DNA from: Somniosus microcephalus
Lineage: Eukaryota
DNA: 64,000 bases
Assembly (NCBI GenBank): GCA_052327205.1
Contig: CM126206.1
Span: forward strand, 257,300,001 to 257,364,000
Reading direction: 5' to 3'
The notes under the pieces are model-generated. The model was not told the origin of the DNA. It made no database searches and was given only the letters and a program-made list of their open reading frames with translations. The position numbers and the translations under genes were made by a program. Shown one piece after another: positions 49,265-62,792 of this stretch. How positions within the stretch are numbered: position 1 is the stretch's first letter; each line of letters begins with the position of its first letter.

Positions 49265-49915
49265 TGGAGACAAAACATCATGGCGTAGGGAAGATGAAAC
49301 TTCCATTTGTGAGGGAGTCCAAATCTAGGGGGCATAAATACAAGATAGTCACTAATAAAACCAATAAGGAATTCAGGAGAAACTTCTTTACTCAGAGGTG
49401 TTGAGAATGTAGAACTTGCTACAACATGGAATAGTTGAGGTGAATAGCATAGATGCATTCAAGCAGAAGCTAGATAAGTACATGGAGGGAGAAAGGAATA
49501 GAAAGTTATATTGATATGGTTAAATGAAGAGGGGGAGGCAATGTTCCGTTATTTTTGGGGGGGGGGGGGGGGGGGGGGGCTGCGTAGGCTATTCAAAATA
49601 CTGCACATGCTCGATTTCTGCACTGAAAAGCCGGCAAGCCAGCTGCGTGGGATCCCTGGAGCGCTTAGAGAACTTTGGAGGGAGGCAACATTACCTCTAA
49701 GCTGCATAGCTCTCTGCCGGTTCCACACAGCCCAGGACCGGCTTTTTCAGTGTTAAATTTTATGCATGTGCAAAACTGTGACTGGGCCGCGCAGCCCCTT
49801 AAAGGGGCCGTGCATCCAAAAAGAATTAGAGGGAACATTGGTGGGAGGAGACTCGTGAAGCATAAATGCTGTCATAGACCAGTTGGGCCAAATGGTCTAA
49901 ACCATGCCATACTGT
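49265..49915 (+). mobile_element. CR1 3' fragment carrying a double MITE
   Basis: 'ESKSRGHKYKIVTNK..KEFRRNFFTQR' plus a CR1 3' UTR that resumes at 49841. Confidence 0.85.
49539..49840. mobile_element. Two hAT-type MITEs in opposite orientation (49539-49677 and 49686-49840)
   Basis: GGGGGAGG|CAATGTTCC...CTTAGAGAACTTTG|GAGGGAGG|CAACATTACCTCTAAGCTG...GGGAACATTG|GTGGGAGG. Confidence 0.75.
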
Positions 49916-51273
49916 AGAAAAGGGTGGACAATGTGGACAAGGTACTGAAAGGCAGTCATAATGAACACTGAGCTGCCTTAAAAATTTTTTTTTTTTTTTT
50001 TTTTAATTAAAAAGAGCAGCCCAGTTGGCAATGCTTCTAATATTAGTTGGTTCAGTCATATTCCTTACAACTATTTAGTTTGCGGTTTTTGAAAGTAAAT
50101 ATTTAGTATCAGCATCAAAATTAATGAATCCCTTTAAAATAATACCAAATTAGTTCACAGGTATGTACAAAAGAGAGAAAAAGAGCATGAGACAGAGGAG
50201 AGAGAGAGAGAAAGAGAAAATCAGCACTGCACGTAGCATTTCCCTCTGCCATTCATTCAAATGCTAACTGGAGCTGTAAATTTAATAATGTGCAAATGAG
50301 TGGCAATAAATCTACGCATCTTTGCCGGCTGATGCTTTTCTGGGTTGACAATCCCTTCACATGAATAACTGTTTAGTCAAACAATGGAGAACGCCACTTC
50401 AGCATGGGATCAGGCACCCACATTGGGACATTGAAGATTCCAGCACACTCCAGGTTCGGGGTTTCCACTCCCTGTCTATTAGAATGATCTGCTTCTCATT
50501 ATCTGAGCGGCAACTGCAATCAGAAACTCCAGGGAGACGTACATGTAACAAGACCGAAGCTCCTAAAGACAATGGCTTCATCTTTACTGCAAGGTGCCAA
50601 TAAGCTCTCATTAACAGGAGCAGTCAGTCTTATTTTAAAAGGAACCCTTCCATACAGAACAGAATTAGATTTAGAAAAAATGACTAATTCAGTATCAGTA
50701 AATGTGATCACTTCACAAAGGACAGCGAGATAGACAGACTCTGCAAGTGTGATAGAATGCTCCCTTTTGGAACGGAGATTTACAATCTTCAATTCCGTTC
50801 CCTGCGCTCCCATTTTAACATTCTGCCCAGGGCTGCTGGAATGGTCATTCCAGACTTGAAAACATTACAGAACACCTTAGTTGATTTATGATGCTGTAAT
50901 TTTTCTGATTCTGTAGTGGGGAAATGGGATTACAGCATCTAAAGAGTTAGCACCAGCATGGGCACAATGGGCCAAACAGTCTTCTCCTGTGCTGTACTTT
51001 CTATGAAGAATATGTCCAATCAATATATCAATAAATCTGCATCAACATGGTTCAAAAGGATTACAAGTCAGAAACACTTTTTTTTTAAACCCCGTCCTAT
51101 CTCTCTCCCACTTCCCCAAATTTCTAAAACTTTGTTCAGGATGTGGAAGACACAGACAAGGCTACATTTGCTGCCCATCTCTAGTTGAAACGTGACTTTT
51201 TTTTTAAAACTGAATGGCTTGCTAGGCAATTTCAAAGGGTTTTTAAAGAGAGTTAACATAGCATGGACTAAAG

Positions 51274-52041
51274 CAGTGGCGGGAAATATACGGCCCGTGG
51301 GTCGTATCCGTCCCACCAATGGATTCTATCCCGCCCGCCAAGGCCTGGCTTCGAGCTGCGAATGTCCACCGCACCGGACCCCTAGCCTGGCCCTGCCCCA
51401 CGTGACATCAGGAGGCGGGTCATCGTCTCTGAGGCAGCAAGGCGGCCTAGCAATGGGCCTTGACGGGAGGAGAAGATACGGAGACTTGTGGTTGAGGTGG
51501 ACAGAAGGCGGCCGGGAGTCACTGATTGGGTCACCCCGCCCCCCTCCTGGTGAGAGCCTTTTACCTATAGCAGCGCAGCCCCTAAACACCGGTGGAGCGT
51601 GATGAGTGTAGCAACGGTGAGGGCGCAGGCCCGTCCCACCCAGCCCAGGCCCAACCTCCCAGTGATGGGGTGACTGGTGAATGATATCTGTTAACCAGGT
51701 ATTAACTCCCACCTAACTAATTAATGCAAAACTGATGTGTTTACCAATTAGCATTTTAATTATCTCAAATTTAATCTGATTATTTATACTAACTGATAAT
51801 TAGTAAATTGGTTAACAGATTTATTCACTAACTTAACACCCTCTGCTCATTAGGCAATTGGTGAGCCACTTAATTGTGCTCATTACTGTACTAACTACAC
51901 AGCTATTCATTTAAAAGCCGCAGTGCGGCCTGCATGGGACCTCCAGACCGCTGTGCAGCCTAACGGGAACATTGGTGTGCGGCCATCAACAGCTCACCAA
52001 AACTTATGTGGCCCTCCATCCCAAATAATTGCCCATCCCTG
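51274..52041. mobile_element. Non-autonomous hAT transposon inserted in an older SINE-like repeat (51150-52230, minus)
   Basis: TIRs CAGTGGCGGGAAA / TTGCCCATCCCTG; 8-bp TSD GACTAAAG / GACTAGAG; subterminal CGGCCC motifs. Confidence 0.85.
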
Positions 52042-52659
52042 GACTAGAGTCATACGTAGGCCAGACTGGGAATGACATTAGTGAATTGGTTGTTGTGTTT
52101 TTACGACAGTCTGGCAGCTTTTAAGGTCATATTTATCTGGTACCAGAATTATTTAAGTCAATTTCACAACTTGCCATCGTAGGATTTGTACTCCTCACCT
52201 CGATTCGTAGTCCAGTACCATAACCTACACCACTTATTCACTTTAGAACAGCAGTTCACCACACTGGGGTTTCACCAGGTTACAGAGATCAACATAATAT
52301 TTCAAAGATGCTGGCATTGCAAAGATATTTCATCTTTTTTTTTTAAACTTTACCGAATGTTTCAATGTAATGGATTGTGATTTTCTGCTGGAAACCCTTC
52401 CTGCATCACTATTATTACAGTACTGTTGTGTAGTGGCCTTACATTTTTAACCACTCAACAACAGTTGGTTGTAATTAACTTCAAATTTATACTTGATACA
52501 ATGAGACTAGTCAATAATGTATAACGTTGTTCGCTATGGCACTGAATTCATGACAAGGTCTGTTTTTCACCAATGATTGATACTACAGCTATGTTGTGAA
52601 GTTATATGTACTGGTATTTAAATGATGTGGTCATTTGGTGTTATCTGTAGATTGCATGA

Positions 52660-53160
52660 TAATTACAGATGGAGGAAGGTTATTCAGCCCACCTTAGCTC
52701 ATCCATCCGGAAAGACCCGAAAGAGCCCCCCACTGTTGCATCCAATTGGTTCTAAATAATTCCAGGATTTTCACCTCTGCTACTCTAGCTGGAAGTCTAT
52801 CCCATCACTCTTTGTATGAAGAACTTCCGGATATCTGTCCTAAATCAATATTTTTAGTCTGAACCTGCGTCCCCACTCTTGCAATTTAGTTTGAATAACA
52901 TTTTCCAGATCTACCTTTTTCTGTACCATTTACTATCTTCTTTACCTCCAAGATCACCTCTCAGATGCCTCTTTTCTAGGCTGAAAAGCCCACATTTATC
53001 CAGTCTTTCTTCTTAACTCAAACATGGGATCAGCCTCTTGGCATTTCTCTGCACTGCCTCCAATGTTTAAATGTGTCCTTGTACCTGTGTAACCAGAGCT
53101 GGACACAGTACTCAAGGTGTGGTCTCGCCAGAGTTATATACAGTTGGAGCATGAGTTCCT
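52660..53160 (-). mobile_element. Old CR1 fragment
   Basis: GGACACAGTACTCAAGGTGTGGTCT is the reverse of RPHLEYCVQ. Also CACTCTTTGTATGAAGAACTT and a 3'-end-like TATTCAGCCCA. Confidence 0.7.
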
Positions 53161-54944
53161 CTCCTCCTCAGGAGATATCCTCAGACTGGGTTAGCAATGA
53201 TTGCAACAAAATGTTACAGCGCAGACATCAAGCAAGTTATTGAAATGCAACTAGACAAGTGTGGTTTACAAACGCTCCCCCTATGGGCTCAATAGATAGA
53301 TATGACTGGGCCGCACAATCCAGGAAGGTCCTAGGTTCATTCCTTGGCCCATTCCAAGTTAGCTGGTCTCAGCCAGGGCACGGCCCCAGTTCTCTCTCCT
53401 GATAGCTAATCAATCATCCTTTGCAAGGGATGTGTATTTGAGTGATCAGGCAAGGACAGAATACCCCAGGTTGCAATTCCCTCTTTGCCCAACCTCGATC
53501 AAACAGTCTGCCAACACTCACCAAAAGGCACACACATGAAAAATGGATACTTGGCTAAAGGACCAGAGGGCAAATTGCACTTATGTATAGGTGACTACAT
53601 ACCTTTGTAGGAGTCATTATCTTCAGGAGAGATGGAGAGGAAAGTGGGAACATTTAAGAAAAATATCAGATTCTGGTTATTTTATTACACGCTCTGGTTA
53701 CACTCACATGAGTTACTGGAAGTTATTGTCAATATGATAAGCAAGTCTCAATTCAGTTACACAGTATCAGAGGACATCAGTGGGTCATCTATTCCTGTAC
53801 TTTTCTCAGTTTAAAGAATACACCATTGTGGTCGCAAAGGAAAGACCGCCCCGCCCCCACCACACACACACACGCCTTTTCCATTCTTCTCACCATGCCA
53901 TGTACAGTGGGAATGTTTATAATGATGATTTTGTTTGAAGCGCTTTTGATTTTCCCAATCAGAAAACCACCCAAAAGCAGTCAAATAAACAAGTGCACCT
54001 GGAAATCTGCCTCTGTTCTTTGCCACTCAGCAAGCCACTTCTCCAAGCACCAATGTCCAGTTGAAATAAAAGAATTAACAGCTTGCATTTATATAATGCC
54101 TTTAATATAGTAAAACGTCCCAAGGCTCTTCACAGCAATCTGACAAAAATTGTCACTAAGTCAAAGTAGTAGACAATGGGACAGGTGACCAAAAGCTTAC
54201 TTAAGGAGGTTTTAAGGAGCATCATAAAAGGAGGGAGCAGTGGAGAAGTAGAGAGGCAGAGAGGTTTAAGGAGGAAATTCAAGAATTAGGGCCTAGATAG
54301 CATAACCCTAACAGTTCTATCTTTTCACACACATAGTTTTCGTAAACTGTCTTCTATCTATAAAGGAACATATATATGAACAGCTACCCTGTTAGCTATC
54401 TGCTCGTTTCAGGAGTGGGGGAGGAGAAGAGGATGGGAGAGGAGGTGCAGAAGGGGTGTTGAAGAAAAGTCACAATGCTAAGTAATGGGAGTAAATACAA
54501 AGAACAATGACACAATCAGTCCCCCTTGCATGTGCTAGATCAACAGAGATGCTAAAATTAGATTGTTTAAAAATATCTCCACCCTTGATTTCTATTTTAA
54601 TGGTAATCCTTCTCATTCTGATGGCAAAATGCCAAAGGTGCCACAGGAAATTTGGACCTCCACACTTCCCGTCAACAATTCAGCTACCACAAAAAATAGT
54701 GCAGATTGTCTGCCAGACACAAAAATAAAGGTTTCGGATACATTTAAACCTCACTACAGTACAAATAAATGGGTACTGAAATTCAACACTTTTTTCTTTT
54801 TACATTGGTGGTACTACAGTATTTAGGATCAGTCGATAGGAAATTCAAAACATACACTACGTTAGGAATTCCGTGCACTATTTGCACCTTCCCACTGTGT
54901 GTGCTGGGGTTGGGGGGGGGGGGAGGCGGGAGGAGAACGAGAGA

Positions 54945-55430
54945 AAGAAAGAACGAACGAGAGAAAGAAAGACTTGCATTTATATAGCGCCTTTCACGAC
55001 CACTGGACATCTCAAAGTGCTTTACAGCCAATGAAGTACTTTTTGAAGTGTAGTCACTGTTGTAATGTGGGAAACGGGGCTGCCAATTTGCGCACAGCAA
55101 GCTCCCACAAACAGCAATTTGATAATGACCAGGTACTCTGTTTTTCTGTTATGTTGGCTGAGGGATAAATATTGTCCAGGATACTGGGGATAACTCCCCT
55201 ACTCTTCTTCAAAATAGTGCCATGGGATCTTTTACATCCACCTGAGAGAGCAGACAGGGCCTCGGTTTAATGTCTCATCCGAAAGACAGCACCTCCGACA
55301 ATACAGCACTCCCTCAGTCCTGCACTGAAGTGTCAGCCTAGCTTAATGTGCTGAAGTCCCTGGAGTGGGACTTGAACCCACAACCTTCTGCCTCAGGAGA
55401 GTGTGCTACCAACTGAGCCACAGCTGACAC
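54945..55430 (-). mobile_element. Full-length SacSINE1-like Deu-SINE
   Basis: Complete from head (minus strand GTGTCAGCTGTGGCTCAGTTGGTAGCAC...GGGTTCAAGTCCCAC) through the Deu domain to the tail GGCGCTATATAAATGCAAGTCTTTCTTTC. Confidence 0.92.
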
Positions 55431-58347
55431 TAGGATAGAGAAGAGTGTTGGGAGGGAAGTGGAGGACAGTTACTTGAACAGCAATTTCACCAAGCGTTTT
55501 TGTTGAAAAAAATTTAAGTCACCAAACCATCCAAGTACTGATTCGTCTTGGCACTTCACGTAAAGCAGGTTTGTGTTCCATTACCATTCTACAAGCAGGG
55601 CCCAAAATCACTTACTCACATTCAAAGCAATGTATGGTAGAAATATGAGCTCTACTGACTTGAATCAAATTGGAAGAGGTAGGAAGACAAATGGCTTCCT
55701 CACTTATTACAGAAATCGGTTAGTAGAATTGAAACACAATGATTGAACTTCAGTGAAGTCAGCGTGCTTTAAGAAAAATTCTGTCAAGCACTCACAAGTT
55801 TCTTTTAAAAAAAGCTAATTATCTTAATTCTATATATACAAAATACTATTTGTTGTATAGATGCTTCAAACTACAGTTCTGGCAGGCTTTTAAATATCAA
55901 GAGCCTAAACAGACAGCACAAAATCTAGATCGCTTTTTCACTCAGTGCTGTACCACAACCTGTGAAACACTGACCTACAATTATCACGATGGTGTGTGTG
56001 TACGTGTGTGTTGGGGATTGGGGGGGGGGGGGGGGGAGAAAGAGTGGGAGGAGCAAAATCAAGTTTACATAGAAAACACAGGACTTTCCACTGAGAACCT
56101 GACTACATAAAATCACCTAGCAACAAAGTTCTAATTATATGAACAGCACAGAGATCACAAACCATTGGGAGTAATGCAAACTATTTCTACCACACAGGAT
56201 CACATTTATTTTTTAAAAAAGGTAAAAATACAGCAGGACTTACAAGAACCACTTAGACAGCAGAGAAATTTGCTCCATTTTGATTATACATCATTTGACT
56301 ATAGAGCCTTCAGCTCTCTCAGCCACACTCCCTCCGCCTTTAAAAGTCTCCTGAAAACCCCATCTATTTGACCAAGTCCCCCACTAGAGATCGAGATAGT
56401 CTCTTGCTTTATTCCTCTGAAGCGCCGTGGGACACTTTCCTATGTTGAAGGCACTATATAAATGCAAAAAGTTGCTGTTATAAATCATACACAGCCTACA
56501 CATGTAAGCTGCAATAAAAGTATACTCCTTCCCTTTCTGCCCACCCCTGATACATGACATCACAGGAGGAGTATTTAGATAATAAAGCCAGTGTCTGAGC
56601 CTGGATCTCCAGGAAGTGTCAGTGTCAGTACACACAAAGCCTGCAATCAGTGTTCCATCATTAAGCTTAAATAGTGCCACACTGAAAAATACATCATATG
56701 CCTGGTCAATTTATAGCATACAGCTATCAAGGGCTATGCATTGCTTATGGGCATTTTATGCTCCCTCATCATCTCTTACCACCCCCGCACCCCGCCCACC
56801 CACCCCACCCTACCCTACTCTGACCAACTACACATTTCTGCTGAATGTTCCATAGCTTCTCATTCAGCCAACCAACACCAAATCTTTAAATTCAGAGATC
56901 CGTTATTTCAGAAACATTGTGTTTTTTAAAAGCACTGCTGTTTTCGGAAGGGGAGGGTGGAGAGAGAGGAAATAGTGAACCAATCAACAGCTTTCAAGAG
57001 CACAATAGAAGCCAGCAAAACATGCCTGGGATACAGTACATTAGATGTCCTCATTCTCCTTAGCTTAGAAGAGATCACCAACACGCACCACTGCATTACA
57101 CCGTCTTTCAGGCTCATCCACTCTGCCAATATGCATGCTCTGTAGTGGCTACACTCCTTGTCCATTTCCCCCTACAGAAAAAACAAGGCTCTGAATAGTG
57201 CCTTTTACACACAACTGCTTTCATTAAAACACTACAGCTCTGTCTGGCCAACTGCTATTTTAAAAGAAACAAGAGCCCATGAAGCAACTGAAGTTTGAAA
57301 GCGTTCTTATAATTCCAAGGACTGGCACAAGCTATTGCACAGATGGCCCCAAACAAAAATAAAAGCACAAAAAGGAGAGACACACACACAAACACAGTCA
57401 CTGGAAAGAAAGATCATCCTGGTGTGCACTTACAAAATGCTAAATGGAACTTGAGGTATTCGACCAATAAGCTTTCTACTGCACATCAGATGACTGAAAA
57501 AGTCGCCACAGTTCAGACACGGAGAGAACATTTCTGCAGAGGGAGGTGAAATTTCAAACTTCCCAAAGCAGCTTCTGCAGTGTTTCCACTCCAGGTTTTG
57601 CACTCTCCCATCCCAAGAACAGCGTAGTCAGCATTATTAAGTTGGAACATATACATTAAAAACTTTATTGGGATTGTCCAAACTCACTTTCAGGACCAGT
57701 TTCCTTCACAAAGTCAGTTCAATCCCACTGAGCGGTCAGATCACACATGGTTTTCCTATACTGGCTTAGTTCTTCACCTTTGGAAGGGAATCCGTTTTTT
57801 TTGTTAAAAGTCCTTTAAGTGTCTAAATTATGAAACTACTGCACAAAACAAAATTGAACAGGACGCCCATTCATTTCTCAAATCAGCATGTGAAGCCCCA
57901 CGGGGAATTCGAGATCAAAAGGGCTCCCTTCAGCTGTGAAGCGGGTGTCCCCACCCCCACGGCCTGGCTAAGTTCGAGCTAAGTGCATGTAGTGATCCTG
58001 GGCACTAAATAGCATGCTACCAACGTGACAGGTCCGTACAGCCATGGGTTGCACTGGTAGACCATCCACGGTGGCAAGATAATGATAAGTTTGTTATAGC
58101 TTCAACCTGAATTTGAGCTCAGCTTTCTTGGCTGCTTGTCTGTAAACTAACTGTGTACATTTAAAATATTACTGCAAGCACAGATCACACTTTACAGAGG
58201 TTTCAAAAAAATCATCACCTTTGAGTAAATTATCACCTGTGCTGCCACAAGGAAGTAAAGTAAAAGGCCCTTTCTTACTGAGAAGGAAAGGAAGTGAAAA
58301 GGAAAAATGCCCCAGCTCTGCCAAGCAAATAGAAACAGATATGAATA

Positions 58348-58690
58348 CAAGAAACTCTTGTTTAAACGGCACCTAAATATCCGGCATTCTCTATTAACCG
58401 GCAAAATTCACACTCCAAAAGCAACACCTCAATAACCGGAAATGTTGCCGAGTCAGAGTCAGAGTCTCCCGCGGTGGCCGAGTTAGTCAGTGGGGGTAGT
58501 TCTCCAAACTGCTACTACTCGGCTTCTTGGGCGGTCGGAAATCCAATTACTGTATACTGCAAATTTCTTGATTTTTTAATTTTTGTTAGTTAAAAATAGC
58601 CTTGGTAGATAACCCTCTCCGTTATCCGGAATTTTTAATCAACCGGCATCATCCCGGTCTTGTCGGTGCCGGATACCAAAGAGTTTCCTG
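58348..58690 (-). mobile_element. Tigger/pogo-like MITE, same ends as 5813-6142 in opposite orientation
   Basis: TA|CAAGAAACTC...GAGTTTCCTG|TA. GGCACCTAAATATCCGG and CCGGCAAAATTCA mirror 6080-6125. Confidence 0.8.
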
Positions 58691-59499
58691 TAGTTAACAC
58701 TCAGCAGCTTTGGTACAATTTGCCGAGTTTCACATCCCGCTTTGGCATGTTAGTCCACCCATGTCTGCAAGTGTGGATACAATCTAAAATTATCAAACTG
58801 AGTGCCAAACACATTGTGAAGTTTGAGCTCCCCTGACACGGAGTACAGGCACCACCTGGTGCAGCACGAGGCTGCACAAAATTAAAGGTCCCAGGCTCAA
58901 CTCTTCAAATAGTTTCATGGTTTAGACATTTACAGGACTTTTTTTTTAATGATTCCCGTCCAAAGGCAACAAACTAAGCCAGTATAAGTAAACTGGATGT
59001 AATCAGGCCACTCTGAGGAGGATTGAACTAACTGAGAAAAGAGAGCTCTGAATGCAAGATCGCACAGTAACTTCACTCAGACACGGCAGCAGTTTGTGTG
59101 TTGCAACTAAGTGAAGGGGAGGGAGGGCAAAGAGAGAAACAGCCAGGATAGGGTCCCTGTCCCTGCAATTGCTATCCAATGACTCTTGCTGGAAAGTGCA
59201 TGTGTGCATTCATGGTGAGTGGAATAACTGGATCGAGCTCAGTTGCAATGCCATTGTGGTTGAATAGTCTGCGACTCAGTCTAGGTTCTCACATAAAGAA
59301 CAGGTACTTGGATGAGGTGCCAGAGAATGGTTGGCATTCTACTCCAGAAAGACTCGAGCGTCCAGGAAAGGGGAACAAAGTTGAGATTACTTTAAAATAT
59401 GAAATGAGAACAAACTTTTCTAAAACGTGTGGATGTTTACATGAGCATTCAACTTCCTCTTCTCATGGTAGATGCTGGCCCCACCACCCCGTCTCAGTC

Positions 59500-60305
59500 T
59501 CAATGCCCGCCTCTCCACCTCCTTCAAGACATTCCTCAAAACCTACCTCTTTGACCAAGCTTTTGGTCACCTGACCTAATGTCTCCTTCTTTGGCTCAGT
59601 GTCAATTTTTGTGCGATAACAACTTGCATTTATATAGCGCCTTTAACATAATAAAATGTTTCACGGTGCTTCACAAGAATGTTATCAAACAAAATTTGAC
59701 GCAGAGCCACATGAGATATTAAGGCAAAAGAGGTAGGTTTTTTTTTTAAGGAGCGTCTTAAGGAGGAAAGAGGTGGGGATGTTTAGGGAGGGTGTTCCAG
59801 TAGGGCCTCAGCAGCTGAAGGTATGGCTGCCAATGGTGGAGCAATTAAAATCAGGATGCGAAAGAGGCCAGAATTGGAGGAGCACCGATATCTTGGAGGG
59901 TTGTAGGGCTGGAGGAGTTACAGAGATAGGATGGGGCGAGGCCATGGAGGAATAAGGATGAGAATTTTATCCTTGACCAGGAGCCAATGTAGGTCAGCGA
60001 GCACAGGGGTGACAGGTGAACGGGCGTGGTGCGAGTTAGGGTATGGGCAGCAGAGTTTTGGAGGAGTTTAGGTTTATGTAGGGTGAAAGATGGGAGGCTG
60101 GCCAGGTGTGCGTTGGAATAGTCAAGTCTAGAGGTAACAAAGTCATGGATGAGGGTTTCGGCAACTGAGTTGAGGCAGGGGCGGAGTCGGGCGAAGTTAT
60201 GGAGGTGAAATTGGGCTGTCTTAGTGATGGCATGTTCCTGTGATGCGCCTTATGACATCTTACTGTGTTAAGGGCAGTATATAAATGCAATTTGTTGTTG
60301 CAGTG
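59500..60305. mobile_element. L2 3' end (plus, 59500-59615 and 60240-60305) split by an inverted L2 fragment (59617-60230, minus)
   Basis: CTCAAAACCTACCTCTTTGACCAAGCTTTTGGTCACCTG; the minus strand carries ACCTCTAGACTTGACTATTCCAACGCAC (SRLDYSNA). Confidence 0.8.
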
Positions 60306-61139
60306 GAACAAAGAGGAAACTATTTAACATCACTCATCTTTCTACTTTCTATGTTGCTACAGCAGTGAATCTGAATATTGCTGCACCTGGAAATCTGCAG
60401 AACCACCACCCCACTCGAATCCCTTGAGCTACTTTTTTTTAAAAACTTTATGATGGTGTATAACTTACACTTTTTGAGTCATGATCTACTGTAGTACCAA
60501 AAAGGTCATGCGGTCGTTTCCTTCACTGCTACAGTTGGGTTTAAGCATTCAGGAAAGGAAACCTGCTACGCCAATCCGGTCTGGTCTACACGGACTCCAG
60601 TCAAATCTAAATGCCCTCGCAACTGTCCCAGCAAGCCAATCAGTTGGGGAATAATTGCTACTCAAGAGGAGAGCCCGCCAGCACTTTCTCTGCCCATCTC
60701 AGGGATGGGCAACAAAGAACAAATATTTATTTAAATATAAAGCAGTACATTGAGAGACTAATCCAAACCCAAAGTGACTCATCCAACAGTATCCATCCTG
60801 ATGGAATAATGGATTTTTACCCTCGCCTCCCCGAGAGTATTTTGGAGACACGCCTTTAACATGTTAATGAAATTAAGCCTGCACAACTAGAGTAGGCCGC
60901 AGGAAGAGCAAACACAAAGTCCTGACTGAGATGACACATCACACAATCACTCGGAATTAAGCTCATTCAGCAGCTCAGCAAGTTTATACAGTAAAGTAGC
61001 TGAACCATTCACAACAGAAGGTGCCTGGTTTGATCCCAGTATTTGTTACATTAACTGTTGCAGTGGGGGCAGTGATAGAGCTGCTTCTTCCTTTGCTATA
61101 ACCAATTCCTTTGCTTTAAACTTAAACTAGGTAGCTCAT

Positions 61140-61700
61140 AGATTCTAAGACAAAGACTATCCATTTTACACTGCCTCAGCCTCCTCTTCTGCCAAGTCCC
61201 CCACCTCCTCCTTCAACCTTTCCCATAACTCAGTTCTGACCTCATATCACTAAACACCTGTTCGCTGTTCTCATCAACTCCTCCTCGAGACCTACTTCCT
61301 GCAATCTCAACCCCTCCCAGCCAGACTTCTGACCACACAACTTCTCCCTGTCCCAATCCTTGATATCAATGGCTTCCTTTCAGCAAGCTGCACTTCTTCA
61401 AAACTGCAATCACCCACCTCTTCAAAAAATCCCTTGATCCCTCTGTGCTCTCCAACTACCATCCACATAACTTCCTTTTCCTCTCTATACGCCTCAATTG
61501 AGTGGTCAGCAGAGACTCTGTGCTCATCGCTCCCATAATTAAATCTCTCGCTCCCTTCCACCGTAGTGACAAAACCCTCAGCTGTCTTGCCCCACCCGCC
61601 CCCACCAACGTGGAAAGTTTCTCCCAAAACCACAAGACTTGCAACCTCCCTATTTACAAAAGCCTTTAAAAATCTACCACTTTTCCTGCAGCTTTGGTCA
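61140..61700 (+). mobile_element. Old L2 internal fragment
   Basis: Decayed 'PIPARLLTTQL..L.PIL.DING', 'FKTAITHLFKKSLDPS.LSNY.PI..LPFLS' pattern. Confidence 0.6.
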
Positions 61701-62792
61701 CAGCTGTTTGTGGGACTTTGCTGCTTGCCTACAAAAGGTAAAGCAATTTGTGTAAGATAAAGGATGTGAAAGGCACTAACTAAATGCTAGTTCTTCCTTT
61801 CTTATAGCCCATGGGCCAATTACAACTCTTTTCCTCACCCAATCATTTTGTCCTTTTATACAAGTTTTAATGTACAGATAATAAACATGTACACAAAAAC
61901 TCGGACACCAGTACTTAAATACATATACGCAAGACAAGCCCATAAACAAATCCAAACAATGTGCCTCTAATGTTAACAAATGGACATTCTGTGTGTAACA
62001 GATGCAAGTAGGAGTTATCTCCCTAAGCATACAATACTCTACTCCTGGATGTTGTACAAACATCTAGATAAAAAGACACCCAACACCAACACACTATTCA
62101 ACAATCCCACCAATTAAAGTCAGCAGGGACTGGGTTACTGACAAAGGCGCAAATCATTTCCATTCCGTGACAAATTAAAAAGCCCCACCCAGATAAATCC
62201 AGCTCATTGCGGTTTACAGATTGTTTGTGATGGAAGAGATAGGCCAGGGCCAATTTACACATTACTCAAGACTCCTCTATAACCACCCATTCAGTCGCAA
62301 AGCACCTGTTCATACAGATAATGTTATGGGCACCCCCACTCTTTCAACAACTTACTATACTGTATATACTTGTTAACTATACAGACACCAACAACCAGTC
62401 AGCCTTCTAACAAAAGTCACAACCTATACAGAAATCTTCAGAGATTATCTTTTTTAAAAATGTGAACATATCACCATGGACTTTTACTGAACTTTTAAAA
62501 GTCCAAAGCCTGCAATTTGATAGATTTGTATGGTGACGACCTTGGATTCATTAAATTTTTATAGGTGGAGTCTGATGTACAAATCTTTTAATACCCAACA
62601 GGATCAAAATGTATATTAAAGTGATAAATTCAATTTCCAAATGGGTTGATTTTTTTTTTGCTTATGTACAACGTTACTTCCAAAGCAGACTAGTTGTAAT
62701 TTGACTGCTTCAACAGGGACACAGGATAATAACGACTTGCATTTATATAACACTTTTAACATAGCAAAAACATCCCACGGTGCTTCAAAGGA

